DNA of 64,000 nucleotides from an uncultured Cytophagia bacterium (lineage in GTDB: Bacteria > Zhuqueibacterota > Zhuqueibacteria > Thermofontimicrobiales > Thermofontimicrobiaceae), in assembly GCA_964647995.1 (NCBI GenBank), contig CAZYNP010000003.1, positions 132,571 through 196,570 of the forward strand, written 5' to 3'. Each line of letters starts with the position of its first letter. Positions within the stretch are counted from its first letter, which is position 1. A program made the translations under genes and the position numbers. Under the pieces are notes generated by a model, which did not search any database, was not told the origin of the DNA, and saw only the letters and a list, made by a program, of their open reading frames with translations. Positions 9,954 through 19,348 of this stretch are shown in pieces.

Positions 9954-10943
9954 TCATGGCACTTCAATTTTATTGATAATCTTGCGCACGATTTCTTCCG
10001 CGGTCACCTCTTCGGCCTCGGCCTCATAGGTCACAATGATCCGATGGCGCAAGACATCCATGCCGATGGAGCGCACATCTTCGGGAGTGACATAGCCGCG
10101 ATGCCGGAGAAACGCATGCGCCCGGGCTGCCATAGCCAGATAAATGGAGGCGCGCGGGGAAGCGCCATATTCGATCAGATCGGCCAGCTCGGCCAGACCA
10201 TAATCTTTGGGATTGCGCGTGGCAAAGACAATGTCGATGATATATCGCTCGACCTTCTCATCCATATAAATTTCCTGGACAACCGCTCGGGCCCTAACGA
10301 TTTCCTCGGGCGAAACCACTGGATTCACCCGTGGCATCTGCTTTTTCGTCATGCGCCGCATAATTTCCAATTCCTCGTCCTTGTTCGGGTAGCCGATGGC
10401 CACCTTTAGCATAAAGCGGTCTATTTGCGCTTCGGGCAAGGGATATGTACCTTCCTGCTCGATCGGATTCTGGGTGGCCAGCACCATGAACGGATCATCC
10501 AGCGGAAAGGTGTTCTCACCAATCGTCACCTGCCGTTCCTGCATCGCCTCCAACAATGCCGATTGCACCTTGGCCGGCGAGCGGTTGATTTCATCGGCCA
10601 GGATCAGATTGGCAAAAATTGGACCCTTTTTGGTCATGAATTTGCCGTTTTTCTGATCGTAAATAAGCGTACCAATCAGATCCGCGGGCAATAGATCCGG
10701 CGTAAATTGAATGCGTTGGAATTTGGTCTGAATGGTGCTCGACAGAGTTTTCACGGCCAGGGTCTTGGCCAGGCCGGGCACTCCCTCCAGATGAATATGA
10801 CCATTGCAGAGCAGCCCGATCAACAGGCGTTCCACCATATATTTTTGGCCGACAATCACCCGCCCTACTTCGGTTGTGATCTTGTCCACAAAGGCGCTCT
10901 CGCTTTTTATCTTTTCATTCAGCGCTTGAATATCTACGTTCAT
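9954..10943 (-). CDS. moxR: MoxR family AAA+ ATPase
   Basis: Walker A GVPGLAKT, RIQFTPDLLPADL, Walker B LADEINR, ATQNPIEQEGTYPLPEAQIDRF, GASPRA. Confidence 0.97.
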   Translation of the reverse strand: MNVDIQALNEKIKSESAFVDKITTEVGRVIVGQKYMVERLLIGLLCNGHIHLEGVPGLAKTLAVKTLSSTIQTKFQRIQFTPDLLPADLIGTLIYDQKNGKFMTKKGPIFANLILADEINRSPAKVQSALLEAMQERQVTIGENTFPLDDPFMVLATQNPIEQEGTYPLPEAQIDRFMLKVAIGYPNKDEELEIMRRMTKKQMPRVNPVVSPEEIVRARAVVQEIYMDEKVERYIIDIVFATRNPKDYGLAELADLIEYGASPRASIYLAMAARAHAFLRHRGYVTPEDVRSIGMDVLRHRIIVTYEAEAEEVTAEEIVRKIINKIEVP

Positions 10944-10979
10944 TACTCCTCCTCAATCAAATGTTACCGTCGCTAATCT

Positions 10980-11939
10980 TCAGTTATTATTCATCGGATG
11001 GCCTGGGGTTGGCTCTCGCAAATTTCGCTCCCACAGCATCTCCACCAGCGTATAGATCCGCTCCAGTTCACTACGATTGCCCATGGTGCCAGCAAATTTA
11101 GCCACATCGCTGACAGTCAATATTTCTTGAATCTGGCTAACCATCTTTTCATCCACGGCCAGCGCCGTCAGATCGGCTACAATTTTTTCCGACGTCGATT
11201 CCAGAGCCGGCATTTGATACTTTTTCGACAGATATTCACGCACCAGCCGCGATAACAGCCAGAAGGCCTCGCGAAGCTGATCCTCCGGCGCGCTCAGATT
11301 GATGGTAGTGCGCAATTTGCCGAGATATTCTTCCTCCAGCGGCACAATTTTTACCGTCTCCTCCGCCGCTCGCCGCCGGGCCACGAGCTGACGCCACCAG
11401 CGATACCCAAAAGCAGCACCCACTGCCAACAACAACAGTGCCCAGAGCCACCATTTCACCAGCGCCGACCGGGAACCAGGCTCGGCCACCGGATCGATGA
11501 CTTTCACCGATAGCCGCCCGGTAATCAACGAATGGGCCTCCCCCGTTTGATTATCCACATATTTAACAATAACGGGTTCGACATACCCCATGCCAATGGA
11601 TTTCGGTTTCAAAATGAATTCATAGATCTTGGCCGCTTTTGCGACCCCGGCTTCGCTCAGCCGGCGATCGGCAGCGGAAGTGGTCGTAATCTCCAGATTT
11701 TCCAGAATTGGATTTTCCAGTTCCCCAATCTGGTAACGCTTGAGATCACCCGTCCACTCCAAAGCAATGGTCAATACTACCGTTCGATTCAGCGGCACTT
11801 CCTTGCTGCCGATGGTTGCCGATACCTTGATGAGACTTTGCGAATTTGGCTGCGCAACTATCATTGGCGGCAGCATCAGGCTCATCATCAAACAAAGGAT
11901 TGGCAATCGATGCCAACGATCAGACACAATTTGCGCCAT
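10980..11939 (-). CDS. BatD-like single-TM protein
   Basis: Start moved to ATG 11939 (GAGGAG SD). Signal peptide, Ig-like domain (YEFILKPKSIG), TM, C-terminal helical domain similar to that of 6813-7898 (LSRLVREYL...DVAKFA). Confidence 0.7.
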   Translation of the reverse strand: MAQIVSDRWHRLPILCLMMSLMLPPMIVAQPNSQSLIKVSATIGSKEVPLNRTVVLTIALEWTGDLKRYQIGELENPILENLEITTTSAADRRLSEAGVAKAAKIYEFILKPKSIGMGYVEPVIVKYVDNQTGEAHSLITGRLSVKVIDPVAEPGSRSALVKWWLWALLLLAVGAAFGYRWWRQLVARRRAAEETVKIVPLEEEYLGKLRTTINLSAPEDQLREAFWLLSRLVREYLSKKYQMPALESTSEKIVADLTALAVDEKMVSQIQEILTVSDVAKFAGTMGNRSELERIYTLVEMLWERNLREPTPGHPMNNN

Positions 11940-12287
11940 AATCTCCTCGTTCTCATTTTCAAGACCAGGCCAACCGGATAAAAGTTTTACGCTCAAAGAA
12001 AAAAGCCGAATCTTAATCATGGTCAGGCAATCTCCAATGAAACAATCGGCTTTTTGAGTCTTGCCCCTTTCCAACCGGGCAGGATGAAGATTGGGTCTGT
12101 TCACATCTCACTAAAGGCGTTGTCGCGCCGTCGGCCAGACCCATTTTGTTATCAGTGAGTCAACTCACTCAAAGCCGGACAACACAAACAGTGATAGACC
12201 CGTGTTAAACACCAAAGTCTGGCGTTTTTGTCGATGCGAAAAGCAACTCCAGATGCATGAGACCAGCAAAATCCCATGCGGTCATTG

Positions 12288-12818
12288 TTAGGGATTTGAG
12301 GATGGTGGCTGTGATGATGATGATTCCGACGAATCCGATTTTAAAAACTCAATCTCATTGATATCTTGCCCCAGATGATCAAGTTCCCATTTCACGGAGC
12401 TTGCCAGCTCATGATCCGGATAGGTTTTTAAAAATCGCTCGTAATAGATGCGAGCATTGGCTGTATCCTGCAGGCTATTGGCATAATGAAAGCCGATTAA
12501 AAATAACGACTGGGCGCGGAGGGAACTTTGGGGAAATTTTTCGATCAAGCGTTTATGGCTAACGATTGAGTTTTCAAAGTCTGAAAGGTGGTTGGAATAG
12601 ATCTGTCCGATGTTAAAAAGTAGCGAATCCGCGAAACCGGTCTCGGGATAAGTATTGGCCGCTTCGTCCAGGACTCTGATTGCTTCTTTAAAGTTTTCAT
12701 CACGCTCATAACGATTGGCTTCGGCCCTAAACTGTTCTTTCGTTTTCTTCTGACCGCAGCTAATGAAGATCGACATCAGTACGCCAAGAACAATAGCCAA
12801 AGAAGCAATTCGTTTCAT
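12288..12818 (-). CDS. TPR lipoprotein (BamD/CpoB-like repeats)
   Basis: Lipobox IFISC; TPRs (ADSLLFNIGQIY; AQSLFLIGFHYAN; YYERFLKTYPDHELA). Confidence 0.75.
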   Translation of the reverse strand: MKRIASLAIVLGVLMSIFISCGQKKTKEQFRAEANRYERDENFKEAIRVLDEAANTYPETGFADSLLFNIGQIYSNHLSDFENSIVSHKRLIEKFPQSSLRAQSLFLIGFHYANSLQDTANARIYYERFLKTYPDHELASSVKWELDHLGQDINEIEFLKSDSSESSSSQPPSSNP

Positions 12819-13006
12819 TTTTTTGTGCCTCCCATCAGATTCAAGATGATGAACGATCGTGAGTGGTTCGGAATTTAGTTGGTTGTGTTTTTTGTTTAAC
12901 TTTAATTATAAGTTTTCAAATGGCATAACTTAGCAAAATAAAAATCATCACAGATTTTCAACTTCACTCAATCTAAAAAGTTCCGATGTCCGACCAAATC
13001 GAAAAT

Positions 13007-13035
13007 TTGACTTGCTATTTAACGCTGACTATATT
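13007..13035 (+). promoter_or_regulatory. sigma70-type promoter for the GH116 gene
   Basis: TTGACT (13007-13012), 17 nt, TATATT (13030-13035). Confidence 0.7.
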
Positions 13036-13144
13036 AAATTCTTGCACTCAACGCGCAGAGACTGCATTCGTATCTTATTGCCAACGGCGTCTTGATAACC
13101 TGTTGCGCCCATCTTACCTGCATGATGAATCGAGGGAGGTGTAC

Positions 13145-15919
13145 ATGCTTGCCAAAAGCTGCCTATTGCTATTGGTTTTCTTTCTGCTGGCATCGACGAT
13201 GCGCAGCGCTCAATCAGACTCTAATCAAGTGCGCGATGATATTGGCCAGGTTCGTTCCTATCGCGGGGACTTTCTCAGAGAGATCGGATTCCCCCTGGGT
13301 GGCATCGGCACCGGGAATATCACCCTGGGCGGCCGTGGCGAGTTGCGCGATTGGGAGATCTTCAATCGCCCCGGCAAGGGCAAAAAGCCGGATATGGCCT
13401 TTTTTGCCCTCTGGGCGCATCGCCAGGGCTCGCCAGCCATGGCCAGAATTCTGGAACGGAGATATTTACCGCCTTACACCGGTTGGATGGGACTGCCACG
13501 CCAATCACTCCCGGGCTTGCCGCGATTGGAAGAAGTCAGCTTCGATGGACAATTTCCGTTTGCCTGGCTGCAATTCCAGGACCAGGAGCTACCGGTCACG
13601 ATAAAATTAGAAGCCTACAATCCCACCATCCCGCTGGATGTGGACAATAGCAGCTTGCCCGTGGCCATTTTGAATTGGATCGCCACCAATCCGCACGACG
13701 TGCCGGTTGAAATCGCCATTGCTTTCAGCTTGCGAAATCCCATCGGAACCGATGGGAAGGACTTTGGTGAATCCCTGGTCCGAAACGGCATTAATGAATT
13801 CGTTGACAATGGAACGGTCCGTGGTTTAAAATTTAGCTCCAATTACCTGACACCGGACGATGCCCGCTTTGGGTCCATGGCGATAGTGACTACCGAAGCC
13901 ACCATCAATGTCCAGACCAGTTGGTATCGTGGCGGTTGGTGGGACAATGCCCATATCTTCTGGGATCAATTTTCCACGGATGGCCGGATCGCCGAGCGCC
14001 GGGCCAGAACCGTTTCCTCCGAAAATCAGACCGACGTCGCCACCCTCATTGTCCGGCTAACGCTCCAGCCGCGCGCCACCAGAACCGTCCCTTTTTACCT
14101 CACCTGGCATTTCCCCCAGCGGGAAAATTATTGGAATCGAGAGGCAGCAGTGAAGGGGCAAAAACTCAAAAATTATTATGCCAGACGTTTCCAGGATGCG
14201 GTGGCCGTCGCCCAATATGTGGTGGACCATCTGCCCTATCTCGATGCCACCACCCGCCTCTTTCACCAATCGTTGTTCCGCAGCACCTTGCCCGGCTATG
14301 TTCTGGATGCCGTTTCTTCGCAGATTGCGGTCTTGAAAACCAATACCGTGATGCGCGTGGATCAAGGTGAGTTCTTTGGTTTCGAAGGTATTTCCGATGA
14401 TGGGGGGTGCTGCCCCATGAATTGCACCCATGTGTGGAACTACGCCCAAACCGCGGCCTACCTTTATCCCGAACTGGAACGATCGGCGCGAGAAACCGAT
14501 TTTCTCGCCAATACCTTCGGCAATGGCTATATGGTTTTTCGGTCGCTGATCCCATTGGGAGATCACTGGTGGCAATTCAAACCCTGCGCTGACGGCCAGA
14601 TGGGCTGCATCGTGCGCGCTTATCGCGAATGGAAGCTTTCCGGCGACACGGGCTGGCTCAAGAAAATCTGGACCCCACTCAAACAGGCGCTGGAATTTGC
14701 CTGGAAGGGCGTGGGCGAGGTGACGGCGGACTTGCAGTGGCAAAAAGAAAATCTGCCGATAGCGTGGGACGCTGATAAGGACGGTGTTCTGGAAGCCGAA
14801 CAGCATAATACCTACGACATCGAATTCTATGGCCCCAATACCATGACTGGCTCGATCTATCTTGCCGCCTTAAAAGCGGCAGCGGAAATGGCTCGGGCGG
14901 TTGGTGATGTCACGGCCGCACGCGACTACGAGCAATTGTTTCGCGCGGGGAGTCTGAAATATGATCGAATGCTCTGGAACGGAAATTACTACATCCAGCA
15001 GGTACAGATAGCGCCGGGCGTGAAAGTTCCAGATTGGTTGCAAACCCCAACCAGCGAAATTGAAGACGCTGAAGCTTCTCATCGTTCAGCGCCGACTGAC
15101 GCGGCCGGTGCTGTTGCGCACCAGGAACTTCCCCCAAAATATCAGTATGGCGACGGCTGCCTTTCCGATCAACTGCTGGGGCAGTACGAGGCCTTTGTGA
15201 CTGGCCTGGGCTATCTCCTGCCGCCGGATCATGTCCGGCAAGCCCTCAAATCGATCTTTGATCATAATTTTCGTGCCAATCTGGCGACCTTTCCCAACGT
15301 GCAACGCGTTTACGCACTCAACGACGAGGCGGGACTCTTGCTTTGTTCCTGGCCCAATGGCAATCGGCCCCGGTTGCCCTTTGTTTATTCCGATGAAGTA
15401 TGGACCGGCATCGAATATCAAGTGGCGGCCAGCTTGATCTATGCCGGATGGATCGATGAAGGATTAACCATTGTCAAAGCGGTTCGTGACCGCCATGACG
15501 GCAATCGGCGCAATCCCTGGGATGAATTCGAATGCGGACACCACTACGCTCGGGCCATGGCATCATGGGCCGTGCTCCTGGCGCTGTCGGGCTATCATTA
15601 CGACGGTGTAGCGGAAACGATGCAATTCTCTCCAGTTTGGCAGCGAGATCATTTTCGAACCTTCTGGTCGGCAGGCACTGGCTGGGGTCAATTTGCTCAG
15701 GACAAAGATCAAGTTTCCTTGCAGGTGGATTTCGGCCATTTGCAGTTACGGCAATTCATCGTCGCGAAGAACCAGTTGGTTCGACCGGGCCAGATTTTGC
15801 TTCAAGGCAAGCCGATCAAATTCCGTTATCACGACCGGCCACAGCAATGCTCCATCCGATTTGCTACACCGATATCGCTCCAGGCAGGCGACAAATTGGA
15901 GGTCAAATTCGTACCTTAG
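13145..15919 (+). CDS. Secreted GH116 family beta-glucosidase/glucosylceramidase-like enzyme
   Basis: IGFPLGGIGTG N-terminus, FFGFEG (nucleophile region), NCTHVWNY, PCADGQMG, HNTYDIEF (acid/base), SDQLLGQ, EVWTGIEY, ECGHHYARAM. Start at ATG 13145 after GGAGG; signal peptide. Confidence 0.92.
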   Translation: MLAKSCLLLLVFFLLASTMRSAQSDSNQVRDDIGQVRSYRGDFLREIGFPLGGIGTGNITLGGRGELRDWEIFNRPGKGKKPDMAFFALWAHRQGSPAMARILERRYLPPYTGWMGLPRQSLPGLPRLEEVSFDGQFPFAWLQFQDQELPVTIKLEAYNPTIPLDVDNSSLPVAILNWIATNPHDVPVEIAIAFSLRNPIGTDGKDFGESLVRNGINEFVDNGTVRGLKFSSNYLTPDDARFGSMAIVTTEATINVQTSWYRGGWWDNAHIFWDQFSTDGRIAERRARTVSSENQTDVATLIVRLTLQPRATRTVPFYLTWHFPQRENYWNREAAVKGQKLKNYYARRFQDAVAVAQYVVDHLPYLDATTRLFHQSLFRSTLPGYVLDAVSSQIAVLKTNTVMRVDQGEFFGFEGISDDGGCCPMNCTHVWNYAQTAAYLYPELERSARETDFLANTFGNGYMVFRSLIPLGDHWWQFKPCADGQMGCIVRAYREWKLSGDTGWLKKIWTPLKQALEFAWKGVGEVTADLQWQKENLPIAWDADKDGVLEAEQHNTYDIEFYGPNTMTGSIYLAALKAAAEMARAVGDVTAARDYEQLFRAGSLKYDRMLWNGNYYIQQVQIAPGVKVPDWLQTPTSEIEDAEASHRSAPTDAAGAVAHQELPPKYQYGDGCLSDQLLGQYEAFVTGLGYLLPPDHVRQALKSIFDHNFRANLATFPNVQRVYALNDEAGLLLCSWPNGNRPRLPFVYSDEVWTGIEYQVAASLIYAGWIDEGLTIVKAVRDRHDGNRRNPWDEFECGHHYARAMASWAVLLALSGYHYDGVAETMQFSPVWQRDHFRTFWSAGTGWGQFAQDKDQVSLQVDFGHLQLRQFIVAKNQLVRPGQILLQGKPIKFRYHDRPQQCSIRFATPISLQAGDKLEVKFVP

Positions 15920-15940
15920 GCGTTAAGTCTTTGGAATCTG

Positions 15941-15968
15941 AAGCCGGGCAGAAGCTGCCCGGCTTTTC
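15941..15968. terminator. Likely bidirectional intrinsic terminator
   Basis: AAGCCGGGCA-gaagc-TGCCCGGCTT 10-bp perfect stem followed by T residues, between convergent genes. Confidence 0.75.
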
Positions 15969-17178
15969 ATTTCAGGATCAATTTCACTGTGATCACGCGA
16001 CGCCGGCTGGCTTTTTCAACAATGAGTTTGAACCGGTCCGTCTCAAAAGATTCATTGGCGCGAGGAATGCGCCCCAGCCGATCGATAATGAACCCGCCAA
16101 TCGTGGTATAAGTCCCCTCCGGTATGTCCAGGTGGAATTTTTGATTGAGTTCATCCACTTCGGCCTGTCCGACCACTTTAATGGAGTTTTCGCCTTCCAG
16201 CAGATACATCGGCTCATGATCCAGATCGAATTCGTCGTAAATTTCGCCAAAAAGCTCCTCGATCAAATCCTCCAGCGTCACAATGCCGGCGGTGCCGCCG
16301 TATTCGTCCAGCACCACCGCCATACCCATCTTTTTCTGTTGAAATTCCCGCAGCAAGTCAAACGCCGATTTGGTTTCTGGCACATAGAGAATTTCTTCGG
16401 TGATCTCGCTGAGCTGCTGCGGATGAAAAAACAGGTCTTTCGCATAAACCACCGCTACGATATTGTCGATATCGCCGTCATAAATGGGCAGCCGGGAGAC
16501 AGCCGACTCGTTGATTTTGGCAATGACCTCCTCAATCGACGCATCAATGCTGACGGCAATAATTTCAGTTCTGGGAATCATGGTTTCTTTGACTCTGGTG
16601 TCCCGCAAATTGAAAACGCGCGAGATGATCTCCCGCTCTCGCGCGGCAATCACGCCGTACTTTTCGCTGTCATGAATATAGTTCTGGATGTCACTGCGGC
16701 GAAGGATTTCTGGCAACTTTTTCTTATCCGACACCTGTAGATAGCGTAAGAGGACATTGGAAATGCTGATCAAGAAAAAGTTGATCGGAGCAAACAATAC
16801 TGAGAAGACATACAGCGGCCGCGCCAGCCATATAATGATATGGTTGGCAAATTCCCAGGCGATTGCCTTAGGAATAATTTCCCCTACGATCAATAATAAG
16901 CTCGCCGATATAATGACCAATAGAAAATCTTGAACCGAGTCCCTGAGAATGAGCACAATCAACGATGAAAAGAGGACATTGACGAGGTTATTGCCCACCA
17001 AACCGGTAACAATGAAGAGTTCTGGTTTTTTGATGAAGCGATAGACTAAATTTGATCCGCGAACCTTGCGGCGATGCAGCACTTCTATTCTGATTCGGCT
17101 GGCCGACAAGAAGGTCGTCTCCGAACCTGAAAAAAAACCGGACATGAGAAGTGCCGCGAGGGCGAATAACGTTTCCAT
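15967..17178 (-). CDS. Hemolysin-family/CNNM (DUF21)-CBS-CorC transporter-associated protein
   Basis: FFSGSET, GNNLVN, GEIIPK, VKETMIPRTEI, SRLPIY, VLDEYGGTAGIVTLEDLIEELFGEIYDE, CorC_HlyC tail. Confidence 0.93.
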   Translation of the reverse strand: METLFALAALLMSGFFSGSETTFLSASRIRIEVLHRRKVRGSNLVYRFIKKPELFIVTGLVGNNLVNVLFSSLIVLILRDSVQDFLLVIISASLLLIVGEIIPKAIAWEFANHIIIWLARPLYVFSVLFAPINFFLISISNVLLRYLQVSDKKKLPEILRRSDIQNYIHDSEKYGVIAAREREIISRVFNLRDTRVKETMIPRTEIIAVSIDASIEEVIAKINESAVSRLPIYDGDIDNIVAVVYAKDLFFHPQQLSEITEEILYVPETKSAFDLLREFQQKKMGMAVVLDEYGGTAGIVTLEDLIEELFGEIYDEFDLDHEPMYLLEGENSIKVVGQAEVDELNQKFHLDIPEGTYTTIGGFIIDRLGRIPRANESFETDRFKLIVEKASRRRVITVKLILK

Positions 17179-17823
17179 TTAACTGCTGGTTTGGATTATG
17201 ATTTTGCCTGCCGTCGCTTCGATCAGATGGCGCTGCAGATTGTCAATCTGACTGGATCGGAGAGTGACGACCAGTTGCGCCTGCTGTTCATAACTCGATT
17301 GGCTGATCTGAGCCTGAAACAGCGAAATGACGCTCATGACACGATTGGTTAATGGGTACTCGAATGTCAATTGAAGCTGCTGCAGAATATAATTTTTTAT
17401 GATGGCGCTTTGTTGCAGCACCAATTGAGCACATTCAGCATAGGCACGTGCCAGGCCACCTTTGCCGAGTTTGGTGCCACCAAAATAGCGCGTCACTACC
17501 AGAACGATATTGGTCAGACCGTGGCCCTTGATCACGGTTAAAATTGGCAGGCCTGCCGTACCCGCCGGTTCACCGGCATCGCTCATCCGATACAGCGGTG
17601 CTGGCGGAAAGCCGATATGATAGGCATAGCAATGATGGGTCGCAGCATGATACTGACGAGCAATGCGCTGGATGAACTCCAGAGCCGCGTCCTCTGTCGT
17701 TACCGGACCGGCGGTGCCGATGAAACGGGAACCTTTGACTTTTAGTTCCGCGGTTTGCTCGTGTTGGATCGTGAGATACTCATCATCCATCATAGTGGCG
17801 ACGACCTGGCGAATGATTCCCAT
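17179..17823 (-). CDS. yigZ: YigZ/IMPACT family protein
   Basis: KVKGSRFIG, ATHHCYAY, SDAGEPAGTAG, VVTRYFGGTKLGKGGLARAY. Start 17823 or 17793. Confidence 0.9.
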   Translation of the reverse strand: MGIIRQVVATMMDDEYLTIQHEQTAELKVKGSRFIGTAGPVTTEDAALEFIQRIARQYHAATHHCYAYHIGFPPAPLYRMSDAGEPAGTAGLPILTVIKGHGLTNIVLVVTRYFGGTKLGKGGLARAYAECAQLVLQQSAIIKNYILQQLQLTFEYPLTNRVMSVISLFQAQISQSSYEQQAQLVVTLRSSQIDNLQRHLIEATAGKIIIQTSS

Positions 17824-17944
17824 GGGTTCATTGTGGCCATTGCCTGGATCACAAAAGCCACGGAGCGGCAGCAGGCGTGCTCCTTGCGGCGATGGCGCCA
17901 GACAAAAATAAAGGGCTATCAAGATTGGTGATAGCCCTTGCTAT

Positions 17945-18021
17945 TGGCGGGGCCGACGGGGCTCGAACCCGCGACCTTCGGCTTGACAGGCCGATGTGCT
18001 AACCAACTGCACCACGACCCC
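17945..18021 (-). tRNA. tRNA-Asp(GTC)
   Basis: GGGGTCG/CGGCCCC acceptor stem, anticodon loop CT-GTC-AA, GGTTCGA T-loop, encoded CCA; 77 nt. Confidence 0.97.
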
Positions 18022-18083
18022 TGATAATTATAGTCTACTAACGTTGGCCCATTTGGGTCAAATTTTTTTTCAATGCATCTGGA

Positions 18084-18161
18084 TGGTGGGCAATACTGGA
18101 CTTGAACCAGTGACCTCCTGCTTGTAAGGCAGGCGCTCTAAACCACCTGAGCTAATCGCCC
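18084..18161 (-). tRNA. tRNA-Val(TAC)
   Basis: GGGCGAT/ATTGCCC acceptor stem, anticodon loop CT-TAC-AA, GGTTCAA T-loop, encoded CCA; 78 nt. Confidence 0.97.
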
Positions 18162-18237
18162 CAGAATTGCTGCTATCTCCTTCTCTCGCTTTCCGGCGCC
18201 GAAGCCATCATCACCGATGCGGGTATCATTCCGGCCG

Positions 18238-18519
18238 TTATGATTGAGCGGCTGGGCTCTGTTGTTGGGTGGCCGCGACTTTCGGTTTTCGCCGACGATA
18301 GATGATCGATATCGGGATAATGACACAATAACTGATTACCAGCAATATCGGCGCCACCGTCAATGACCAGAAACTGTTGGCTGGTCCCTGGGCCAGGAAA
18401 ATATAGCCCACAATTAGCACCAGCAGGCCTATTAAAAAAAGTATTAAGTTCTCCCGCTCCAGGGGAATCGGTTCGGCTATTTTCTTCCGATCTTTGGGTT
18501 TTATCTTCTTTGATCTCAT
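18238..18519 (-). CDS. Small 2-TM membrane protein (DUF3098-like)
   Basis: Lys-rich N-terminus, NLILFLIGLLVLIVGYIFL...SLTVAPILLVISYCVIIPISII pattern. ATG 18519 chosen because the longer ORF start lies inside the promoter. Confidence 0.65.
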   Translation of the reverse strand: MRSKKIKPKDRKKIAEPIPLERENLILFLIGLLVLIVGYIFLAQGPANSFWSLTVAPILLVISYCVIIPISIIYRRRKPKVAATQQQSPAAQS

Positions 18520-18529
18520 GCTGGCCGAA

Positions 18530-18558
18530 AATATAATTAAATTATTCTTAATAGTCAA
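18530..18558 (-). promoter_or_regulatory. sigma70-type promoter for the DUF3098-like gene and tRNAs
   Basis: TTGACT, 17 nt, TATATT on the minus strand; the -10 box ends 10 nt before the ATG. Confidence 0.7.
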
Positions 18559-18872
18559 GAAAAATTATTTTGAATCTGGAAAAAAATATTTGGTCGGCGG
18601 TTGCCTGAACACCCCCATCTCGCCATTTTTCCGTTGGCAAATTTGGGGCCGGCCCAAGTCAAGGCTGCGCGTTCGGCTCCGTAACGCATCATGTTCTTCC
18701 CACTACGCCAATCGAACGCATGTTATATTTACCCCTCACGATTTTGGTTCCATCAATACGGCTATCAGCAGCAAGCCATTCAGGCATCGCATTGAAAATA
18801 TCAAACCGCTCACAAGCGCCCGGCTGTGTTTAGCCTGATTTTCGAGCCTCCCCGAAGAACGGAAAATTTTCC

Positions 18873-18901
18873 TTGACAAAAAGCAACCTATTTGCTATAT
18901 T
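18873..18901 (+). promoter_or_regulatory. Strong sigma70-type promoter for the surface-protein locus
   Basis: TTGACA (18873-18878), 17 nt, TATATT (18896-18901) with an extended TGn. Confidence 0.75.
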
Positions 18902-19348
18902 AAACCGCTGCACGATGTAAATTTGATTCATCACTCATAAATAAAATTGCCATCAGCAATGATCAAAATACAGAAGGCAATGGTCAATCTCGCATCCATC
19001 CCAAACTATTTTGCTGGTATCACCGAACTTTCAATTAGTGAAGGCCATGCCCGCTTCATAATACAGCAACCAACCAATCGACAAGCGTTCTGCACCGATC
19101 ATTTTTTTTCGGACAAATTCAGATTTCTAACCGTTCCAGGGGTGTTTTTGTTGCAGCCAATCGATACGTTCAAGCAGGAATACAAGGACATTTCACCAGG
19201 AAAGGAGGTGCCGCCCAAAAATTGACCGAACATTTTAATGTAGCTGCTGATCCTTATTTCAAAACCATGCTGTGAAAACGGCTGATGAAGTCGTTTAAAA
19301 AAATGGCCAGTTACAAAAATTTTGAACTGCAGATGGAGGCAAGAGTCT

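Noticed and set aside
12921-12934. sigma54-like TGGCATAACTTAGC upstream of GH116
   Set aside because: GG-to-GC spacing is 9 nt, not the required 10, and a good sigma70 promoter exists at 13007.
15532-16740. 402-aa + strand ORF
   Set aside because: Antisense or off-frame shadow of the CNNM and GH116 genes, with no motifs.
18947-19225. 92-aa ORF in the operon leader as a standard gene
   Set aside because: Non-ATG start without SD and no homology recognised; kept only as part of the long-leader observation.
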